Positions 57,470-64,000 of a DNA stretch of 64,000 nt are shown piece after piece. A model generated the notes under the pieces. It did not search any database. It was not told where the DNA came from and saw only the letters and a list, made by a program, of their open reading frames with translations. Within the stretch, counting starts at the first letter, position 1; every line of letters starts with the position of its first letter. The translations under genes and the position numbers were made by a program. This stretch comes from a virus (lineage: Duplodnaviria > Caudoviricetes), in the IMG/VR virus record IMGVR_UViG_3300028805_002025, positions 64,001 to 128,000 of that record. One strand, 5' to 3'.

Positions 57470-59491
57470 TTATCTAATTTTACACTTAACCTGTATATCG
57501 GTAACTGGATTCTTAATCTCGTACATTGAGTTGTAGTCACCATACAGAACTCTGTCAACTGCCTCCAGGTCTATCTCCGCAAGCTCAGCGTCCTCGATGG
57601 TGAAACTGCTCTCTTTGAAGTCGTCACACGAACTGTTCCTTACAAGCTCTGGGAGAGGACATTTATCTGCGCTGTAGCTACCATTCCATATCTTGTGTAT
57701 TCGAAGGTCTATGAGGCTTATAACACCATCTGTGAGCGTTATAGTCTTCTCAAGGTCTCCTATGAATATGTCGTCACCCATATCATGGTCATCGATGTTG
57801 AAATAAGCATATACAGTATTGATTACATTCTGTATCACATCACCAACGTTATAGTTCTTGTCGATGAACAATTCAAGCTCGACTCCGATATTGTAGATTC
57901 TACCACTTCTAACCTCGATATAATCGTTTATCTGTTTATAGTTGGACATGTACTCCAGGATGTTCTCAACAAGTGTCTGAGCAAGAGAAGAATCAAGCTT
58001 TCCAAGTGAATCCACACCAAGCAGGCTCATTTCAACCTTATTGTTTGTCTCAATCACTGTATTTCTGAATGGAGCACCGAACTTAGGAGGCATCTGCATC
58101 AGCTTAACCTTGTAATCCTTAACCGTAACCGCCCTGTTCTGTGAAGTAGTGTTGTACTTAATGAGATACTTAATCTCCTCGTTTGAAGGGGCATCCTTAC
58201 CAGCCAAGGCTGTAGATATGTTCTTAACATCAAGTGAAGATATCACCTCACCTCTCTTGCTACCGTCAGTGTTTCCAGTGTTTCCACCCCAGTCAACGTT
58301 TGCAAGTGCTATGGTATTGATTGCTCCAGGACCTAGATTTGTGGAAGCACCGCCTCCAACCCTGTACAGTACATACATCGTCCAGCCCTCCTTCGGCAAC
58401 ACACCAAGCATGTCGTTATTAATTAAGTTGGAAGCAATGTAATTTGCGTATGTAGTCTGATTGTCTGGTACTACACCGTACCCGTTGCTAGCACCAAATA
58501 TAATCTTCAGATAACCATTGTCAGTGAACTCGGTTATGAACTTCTGGGTCAATGGTTTCCACTTTCCACGATAATACCTTGAGGTGCTGTCACTTATAGG
58601 ATTTCCAGATATATCATACTTGGTCTCTGTATAGTCATCATAGATATGTGGAGAGTAAATATTGTTAATTACCTTCACACCTTCCTCCTGGAATGAACCC
58701 ACCATGCCAAACCTGTACTGGTCTGCAAGTGAGTCAACCTCGAAGTACCTGTATGTCATTACAGCATCCTTTGAAAGTCTAAACTCCTCAGCATCAATAT
58801 AATACTCATATATCTTTGGAGAAGTAGAGATATCGCTTGTCTCCTTGAATATGATTGACTCGATGTTCATTACATTCCTCTCTGGGAGCACAATCTCCAT
58901 AAATGGTTTAATATCAGATGCATACATCACTTTCTTATATACCTTTGTATTACCATTAACTACGATGGTAGACTTTGCTATGGTATAACCTGTTATGTTT
59001 CCGTTGTTGTCTCTTGCTGGTGTAATCTTCCTGTTTGAGAATCCGTCGTTGTTGAACTGTTCAGCGAAGTTTACATCCTCTGTAAGCTCAAAGTTTACAG
59101 CACCAGCAGAAACAATGCTAGTCCTCTGTAGTATAGGGGCATAGTTCCAGTTTGGCTTGCTTATGTCGGTTGAGTCAACAGGAAGTTGACAGCTTAGTTC
59201 CACCTCACACATAGATGCCTTAGGTCCTGGTACTTTCACACCATTAGCCCTTGCAAGGTTGAGAAGCGTACTCTTCAAGCTCGCGCTGTTGATGTTCGTC
59301 TCCTGGAACATCCTGTCTGTATGGTAACTAAGGTCATCACCAACTGCTGACACAAGGTCTATGAACCACGCACCAACGCTGGAATCAGCAAAGTCATCAG
59401 CCACCTCTGGGTAGTACTGATTACTGAATTTTATAAGTTCTTCCTTTATACTTGCAAAGTCTCTGCTTAAAAAATTAATATGTTTTTCCAT
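57470..59491 (-). CDS. Baseplate wedge subunit (T4 gp6 / baseplate J-like)
   Basis: SRDFASIKEEL...DLVSAVGDDLSYHTD...NLARANG; IIFG; YRVGGG; QNRAVTVKDY; follows a gp25-like gene. Confidence 0.85.
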   Translation of the reverse strand: MEKHINFLSRDFASIKEELIKFSNQYYPEVADDFADSSVGAWFIDLVSAVGDDLSYHTDRMFQETNINSASLKSTLLNLARANGVKVPGPKASMCEVELSCQLPVDSTDISKPNWNYAPILQRTSIVSAGAVNFELTEDVNFAEQFNNDGFSNRKITPARDNNGNITGYTIAKSTIVVNGNTKVYKKVMYASDIKPFMEIVLPERNVMNIESIIFKETSDISTSPKIYEYYIDAEEFRLSKDAVMTYRYFEVDSLADQYRFGMVGSFQEEGVKVINNIYSPHIYDDYTETKYDISGNPISDSTSRYYRGKWKPLTQKFITEFTDNGYLKIIFGASNGYGVVPDNQTTYANYIASNLINNDMLGVLPKEGWTMYVLYRVGGGASTNLGPGAINTIALANVDWGGNTGNTDGSKRGEVISSLDVKNISTALAGKDAPSNEEIKYLIKYNTTSQNRAVTVKDYKVKLMQMPPKFGAPFRNTVIETNNKVEMSLLGVDSLGKLDSSLAQTLVENILEYMSNYKQINDYIEVRSGRIYNIGVELELFIDKNYNVGDVIQNVINTVYAYFNIDDHDMGDDIFIGDLEKTITLTDGVISLIDLRIHKIWNGSYSADKCPLPELVRNSSCDDFKESSFTIEDAELAEIDLEAVDRVLYGDYNSMYEIKNPVTDIQVKCKIR

Positions 59492-59492
59492 C

Positions 59493-59882
59493 TTATATCT
59501 CTACTACTATACTGTCATTAGTTACCTTATTACCTTCCGTAACACTATAATCAAGCCTTACGAAAATCTGTGACTCGTCTTCCTCATTCTTAACAACACT
59601 TATATCCCTCAAAGACAGATTGTTAGACCATCTTGTAACTGACTCACTAACTTCCATCTTCACTGCCTCCCATGTAGTTCCATCGTTCTGGTCGAATATG
59701 AACTTGATGAGGTCTGTTCCGAACTCTGGGTTTCTAATCCTCTGACCCTTTGGGGTGAACACAATATGCATGAGCTGACTCTTCACCTTGTCTGCAATGG
59801 TTTCATTGGCAGCGACATAGAAGTGTCTCTCATTATCGTCCAAGAATGGGTACTTAACACCAAAAAACTGTTTCTTAGCCAT
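59493..59882 (-). CDS. Baseplate gp25/GPW-like protein
   Basis: GVKYPF...FTPKGQRIRNPEFGTDLIKFIFD. Confidence 0.88.
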   Translation of the reverse strand: MAKKQFFGVKYPFLDDNERHFYVAANETIADKVKSQLMHIVFTPKGQRIRNPEFGTDLIKFIFDQNDGTTWEAVKMEVSESVTRWSNNLSLRDISVVKNEEDESQIFVRLDYSVTEGNKVTNDSIVVEI

Positions 59883-59903
59883 TATACTGTTAAATTATTA
59901 CTA

Positions 59904-59911
59904 ATAAGTAT
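59904..59911 (-). promoter_or_regulatory. Putative late promoter variant ATACTTAT
   Basis: One mismatch to ATATTTAT, 21 nt upstream of ATG 59882, after a terminator; heads the baseplate operon. Confidence 0.45.
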
Positions 59912-59944
59912 ATAAAATTTAACTTTTTTCGATGTAATATAAAC

Positions 59945-59974
59945 AAAAAATGCAGCCATTTCTGACTGCATTTT
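59945..59974 (-). terminator. Intrinsic terminator
   Basis: AAAATGCAG...CTGCATTTT inverted repeat with flanking A/T tracts. Confidence 0.75.
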
Positions 59975-59992
59975 ATAGAGTAAAATAATTTC

Positions 59993-60286
59993 TTAACAAC
60001 GACCACTATCATTATAGCCCCCACCACCAGACCCACAGCCACCATAGCTGTAGTCATAATGGCTATCAGAACCGCATCCTCCTACAGAACGACTACTACC
60101 ACAACTGTAACCACAGTCATCATCATCGTCAAAAGGATTAACAACAGGAGGCACAAACAACATGTTTCTGTTTGCCCTTGCTGCACGAGTCGTAATCTTC
60201 TTGGTGATACCATCAACCGCATTGGTGACAGCTTCGCTTATCATTTTCTTAAGCTCACCTTCCTCAATTAGAATAAACTTTCCCAT
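59993..60286 (-). CDS. Small protein with Cys/Gly/Ser-rich C-terminal tail (RiPP-precursor-like)
   Basis: Probable start ATG 60286 (MGKFILIEEGELKKMISEAV); tail DDDDD-CGYSCGSSRSVGGCGSDSHYDYSYGGCGSGGGGYNDSGRC. Confidence 0.65.
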   Translation of the reverse strand: MGKFILIEEGELKKMISEAVTNAVDGITKKITTRAARANRNMLFVPPVVNPFDDDDDCGYSCGSSRSVGGCGSDSHYDYSYGGCGSGGGGYNDSGRC

Positions 60287-60307
60287 AACCTTATACGCTT
60301 TATGTTT

Positions 60308-60316
60308 ATAAATATC
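60308..60316 (-). promoter_or_regulatory. Putative phage late promoter GATATTTAT
   Basis: 21 nt upstream of ATG 60286, just after the radical SAM stop. Confidence 0.55.
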
Positions 60317-60318
60317 CG

Positions 60319-61182
60319 TCAAATCCAATAAGGATGAAGACTTCCATCCTCATAGACGACACCAAAGTAGTATTCCTTCCCAAAGATGTTCCTGGTAGCA
60401 GCCTTCAGCGTATCAGCCAAAGTAGCGTGAACACACTTGTTCACAAGGAAACACGTTCTCTTTAGGGTGAACTTACCCTCATACGAAGGTATGTAGGGCG
60501 TAATATCAAACTCGGTCTTACAACCATGCGCAAACGGTGACTTTAACTTCACACCAAACGTCTTCTCGAACGAAACAAACATGTCTGGTCTGTCGAACAG
60601 CTCAACCAGCTTGATATTCTTGAAACCCATCTGGTTATAATGCTCGATACACTTGCAGATTTCATCCTTGTCACACAAGTATGGTTTCACCATGTTGATG
60701 TTCATGGTAATCTTGCTCTTGTCCTCGATGCTGCGATAGAAGCCCTGTCTGTCGAATGTTGACTTATGACCACGTATCTGGTCTGCAATCTCCTCGTTGT
60801 AGTGCTGAGGTGATATTGCCATACCATCACACTCGTTGAGGATATTGTAGAACGCATACCTGTACTGGTAACACTGCTCTGGAACTGATGTAATAACATA
60901 TACCTTCAGATTTGTACTGGACTTAACCTTACGAATTAAATCCAACACATTATCTATGAAAAGCATAGGCTCTCCACCACTGATACAGATGGAGTTAATC
61001 TTACCCCTGTTCTCGTATATCCTTGAAAATATAGCCCTTACATCTGGTTTCTTCACAGCATCATGGAGTCCCTTGTTCAAGGCATCCACACAGAAAGGAC
61101 ACTTGTTCGGACACAGCTTGGTGAAATGAATCTGCAACTCATTCTCAATCTGGTCACACGCATTTACATTGTACTTAATCAT
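60319..61182 (-). CDS. Radical SAM enzyme
   Basis: FTKLCPNKCPFC (CxxxCxxC), ISGGEP; three further C-terminal Cys; probable start ATG 61182. Confidence 0.9.
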   Translation of the reverse strand: MIKYNVNACDQIENELQIHFTKLCPNKCPFCVDALNKGLHDAVKKPDVRAIFSRIYENRGKINSICISGGEPMLFIDNVLDLIRKVKSSTNLKVYVITSVPEQCYQYRYAFYNILNECDGMAISPQHYNEEIADQIRGHKSTFDRQGFYRSIEDKSKITMNINMVKPYLCDKDEICKCIEHYNQMGFKNIKLVELFDRPDMFVSFEKTFGVKLKSPFAHGCKTEFDITPYIPSYEGKFTLKRTCFLVNKCVHATLADTLKAATRNIFGKEYYFGVVYEDGSLHPYWI

Positions 61183-61184
61183 AG

Positions 61185-61850
61185 TCAATCACTCCACTTA
61201 TAATAGCCATAGATACAATTGATAGTCCAGAATACAAACTGCAATACCATACACCAGTCACCAGCAATACTCCACATTATAATACTACCAACATCAATTA
61301 TAAACCAGTAGAACCAACTCTCCTTGAATCTGAATATCATAAGGATTTGGGCTACAAACGCTGGAAGAGTAGTAATTGCATCCATTAGCGGCTGGCTGTC
61401 ATCAGTCCTCATTAATCCAGTGTACAACATGAGCGTTCCGAACACAGTGGCTATGAATACCCACACATTCTGCAAGTGAGTCATTTTTCTCGTCTCTACG
61501 GCTATTTCATTCTCATTGTAGTGCTTTATCCAATGGAACAATCCGAAGAGCATGGTGACGAAATAAAAGGCATTCTCGGCTATTTCTCCATACAGTTTCT
61601 CATTCACACATAATATGACATATGTGATAAGCTGTGCAAAGCCAAAGACATAGAATGAAATCTTTCTCTGGCTGCACAATACAACGGATATAATACCAAG
61701 ACATCCACTAATCAATGATAGTTCACTACCACCACTGAATTTGAATGCAAGTGCCTGTGTCAAGACACCAAGAAACATGAAGAATACGCTGAAATTCACG
61801 CCAGTATGAGTACCCTCAAGCTTCACTATGTCCGAAAAACTCTTACTCAT
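61185..61850 (-). CDS. pnuC: Nicotinamide riboside transporter PnuC
   Basis: Multi-TM protein with GLFHW, DAITT, AQILM, ESWFYW, GYYKW; adjacent to NadR. Confidence 0.88.
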   Translation of the reverse strand: MSKSFSDIVKLEGTHTGVNFSVFFMFLGVLTQALAFKFSGGSELSLISGCLGIISVVLCSQRKISFYVFGFAQLITYVILCVNEKLYGEIAENAFYFVTMLFGLFHWIKHYNENEIAVETRKMTHLQNVWVFIATVFGTLMLYTGLMRTDDSQPLMDAITTLPAFVAQILMIFRFKESWFYWFIIDVGSIIMWSIAGDWCMVLQFVFWTINCIYGYYKWSD

Positions 61851-62940
61851 TGTACAAACTGTTAATGTAATCCTTTACCTTGTTGAAATTTGACAGGAAA
61901 TTACCGTCAAGAATCTCCACCTTCTCCCAGAGGCCAAACTCCTTAAGCAGCTCAACCAGCTTGTTGAAGTTGGCAATACGCTCGTCGATAGACGACTGCT
62001 TCATGTAGCGACTGCCATCGTCCACAAACTTATTCTTTGGAGGCAGCAGGAAAATCTTATCCCACTTCACACGACCTGCAAGTGACTTAGCTGCTGGAAG
62101 CACCTTTGTATCGTACTCTTCCTTAGTGATAGGCACGTTTGGGTCTTCTGTATAAGCCAGTGCATACATCAGCGTAACCAGGTTGTCAGTATCAGAGATA
62201 AACACACCCTGGTCGTTGTTTCTTACACGCTTACATACGTCCACACTCTGACCAATAAGGAAGTCGATGAAATCATCTGCCGTAAGGTCTGTGTCGGTCT
62301 TACACTTGGCAAGCAAGTCATCCCTTCCATACTCCTCAGAGTGGTCGATACCAAAGTACGTGGAAATGTCACGCACTAGGGTTGTCTTACCCTCAGAAGC
62401 AGTGCCAGTAATAAGGATGTTATGACACAGGTTGTTTCGGTACTCCCTAACGATGTACTTCCAGTACTTCAAGGGGTTCTCACGGATGGCAGTACCACTT
62501 ACAGGCACAACCTTATCAATCAGTGTGGTTTTAGCATTAAGAAGATTATGCTTCTCCAGCATTTCCTTGTAATAAGGTTCTGCAACATACCACATGATAG
62601 AAGTGCCGTTATGCGATGGCGTAATATTGGTTTTACGCATCACCTCCTTCTGCCATAGAATCCAGTTGTTATCACACATGCTCTCGTCAATACCAAGCTC
62701 TGTGTCGTTGATGGACAATACAGTAATAAGCTCGTCCTTCTCGAATATTTTACGTACAATTGCCGTGCGCTCCTTCAACGTCATGTTGATGTTGCCAGCA
62801 CGTTCCTCATTGTCGTACCCGCAGACGATGACAAACACCTTGTCATTCTCCTTCTTAGCCCTCATGATGGCATCGAGGTGTCCACGATGCATTGGACAAT
62901 ATCCACCGAAACAAATTCCTATTCTACTCATTTTTCGCAC
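61843..62940 (-). CDS. nadR: NadR-type NMN adenylyltransferase / nicotinamide riboside kinase
   Basis: FGGYCPMHRGH (HxGH), VSGTAIR, P-loop GTASEGKTT, EEYGR, SDTD, DDGSR; no N-terminal HTH. Confidence 0.9.
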   Translation of the reverse strand: MRKMSRIGICFGGYCPMHRGHLDAIMRAKKENDKVFVIVCGYDNEERAGNINMTLKERTAIVRKIFEKDELITVLSINDTELGIDESMCDNNWILWQKEVMRKTNITPSHNGTSIMWYVAEPYYKEMLEKHNLLNAKTTLIDKVVPVSGTAIRENPLKYWKYIVREYRNNLCHNILITGTASEGKTTLVRDISTYFGIDHSEEYGRDDLLAKCKTDTDLTADDFIDFLIGQSVDVCKRVRNNDQGVFISDTDNLVTLMYALAYTEDPNVPITKEEYDTKVLPAAKSLAGRVKWDKIFLLPPKNKFVDDGSRYMKQSSIDERIANFNKLVELLKEFGLWEKVEILDGNFLSNFNKVKDYINSLYNE

Positions 62941-63182
62941 TCCTTTATCTTTGCCTTCAAAATATTAATTTTACTGATTAGTTTATCCCTGTTATGTTCA
63001 AGAATCATCTTCATCATTTCTGGAGTTAACTCTGCATCAACAGTGAGAACATTTCCCAGTATAATCATTTTATTGATATGACCAACCGCAGAACCAGGTC
63101 TGTGGTTGGCTGCGTCTTCAAACCAATGGAGAGTGGTCTCAGCCGCATCAAGAGCATATTCTAATTGCCATTTCGATGTCAT
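62928..63182 (-). CDS. Hypothetical protein
   Basis: 84 aa, overlaps both neighbours. Confidence 0.65.
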   Translation of the reverse strand: MTSKWQLEYALDAAETTLHWFEDAANHRPGSAVGHINKMIILGNVLTVDAELTPEMMKMILEHNRDKLISKINILKAKIKECEK

Positions 63183-63904
63183 ACCGTGTAGTCTTTTGTG
63201 AATCCTCCCCTACAGATAGATTCAAGTTGTTTCTTATCCATAGAGAATGCATAGTCGAATCCCCACTGTTCAATACCGCCAGAAGAGATTTTAAACAAAG
63301 CTCTCTCTGGGAAATGCGCCTTTCTCTCAGAGTTGTCAACACACTCGAAAATAGGTCTACCACTTTCATTCCATTCTCCAGAGAACCTTAGTTCGTGACA
63401 AGAGTTGTCATAGTCAGCTATGTAGCAACGTTTGAATGTTGGCTCTAGTCTGTCAAAGTCCTCACATTTATCTGTAAGTCCCTTCAGCCAGTGATGATAG
63501 TTATGAGCGTATTCGAACTCACTGAAACAGGTTCTGAAAATCTCGATTTTCATAGACATCGGCAACTTGTCGAATTCCTCAATAACCCTAACTTTACTAT
63601 TAGAATCATAGCCTTTCATAGTTACTACTGGAGAGATAAGCCTATAGCCAAGAACACACAGAACTTTCTCATTATTGTCGCCATGATGCCTAAATGCGTT
63701 GTCTGTCATGAATCCAACTCTCAAGAACACTAGTGAATCAATAACTTCTTCACACCAGCCAGAACAGCCGCCCATTGAGTAGCAAGGTATTGACTTGAGA
63801 TTATTCTCTATAAGGTGATTCTTTATAATTTCACCAAGGTTCTCATTCTCACTATAAAAATCATTAATGTGAGTTACGATTTCTTTTATTTCTGCTTTAT
63901 TCAT
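63179..63904 (-). CDS. Hypothetical protein
   Basis: 241 aa ORF upstream in the NadR unit. Confidence 0.7.
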   Translation of the reverse strand: MNKAEIKEIVTHINDFYSENENLGEIIKNHLIENNLKSIPCYSMGGCSGWCEEVIDSLVFLRVGFMTDNAFRHHGDNNEKVLCVLGYRLISPVVTMKGYDSNSKVRVIEEFDKLPMSMKIEIFRTCFSEFEYAHNYHHWLKGLTDKCEDFDRLEPTFKRCYIADYDNSCHELRFSGEWNESGRPIFECVDNSERKAHFPERALFKISSGGIEQWGFDYAFSMDKKQLESICRGGFTKDYTV

Positions 63905-64000
63905 ATCAGTATATGTTATAACTTTATAATTCCACTTTCAACACATGATGCAAGCCACGCTTGCTTTGCAGGGTCTCCATCAAGAGCAGCCGTAATCCAC

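Noticed and set aside
11668-63733. Numerous opposite-strand ORFs in the supplied track (e.g. 11668..12237, 29827..30504, 62594..62968)
   Set aside because: They lie almost entirely antisense to well-supported genes and show no recognisable motifs or expression signals
1-64000. Stop-codon reassignment (TAG to Gln) as in Lak and some crAss-like phages
   Set aside because: ORFs up to 2341 aa are intact in code 11, and TAG ends genes at sensible boundaries (16905, 32587, 38904, 44018) next to terminators or the following start
1-64000. tRNA, rRNA or large structured ncRNA genes
   Set aside because: Intergenic gaps are short and accounted for by promoters and terminators; no cloverleaf or T-loop signature was seen, though a covariance-model search was not possible

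Overview
This window is a gene-dense segment of a large (jumbo-type) contractile-tailed dsDNA phage genome in the standard genetic code. The host is very likely Bacteroidota: six intergenic sites match the Bacteroides/Prevotella promoter TTTG-N19/20-TAnnTTTG. It encodes replication/recombination genes (DnaG-type primase, Rad50/SbcC, Mre11/SbcD, RuvC-like nuclease), a phage sigma70-family factor and dispersed lysis genes (holin-like, spanin-like, Amidase_3 endolysin). It also holds three related free-standing homing-endonuclease-like genes, a two-domain glycosyltransferase, a ~36 kb baseplate/fibre region (gp25-like, gp6-like wedge, very large Cys-rich proteins) and a NadR-PnuC-radical SAM-Cys/Gly-rich peptide unit. 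The main unexplained signals are: (1) a strongly over-represented S-[G/A]-x-T tetrapeptide largely confined to a subset of virion proteins, a candidate modification sequon for the phage glycosyltransferase; (2) a shared LTESxLxxxVKE leader on about ten otherwise unrelated proteins, a candidate capsid-targeting/processing signal; (3) CxC-plus-beta-strand modules shared by three structural proteins; (4) a second promoter class, ATATTTAT, ahead of structural genes; (5) a possible phage RiPP-like radical SAM/peptide pair. All functional calls come from motif recognition by eye, and counts are manual.
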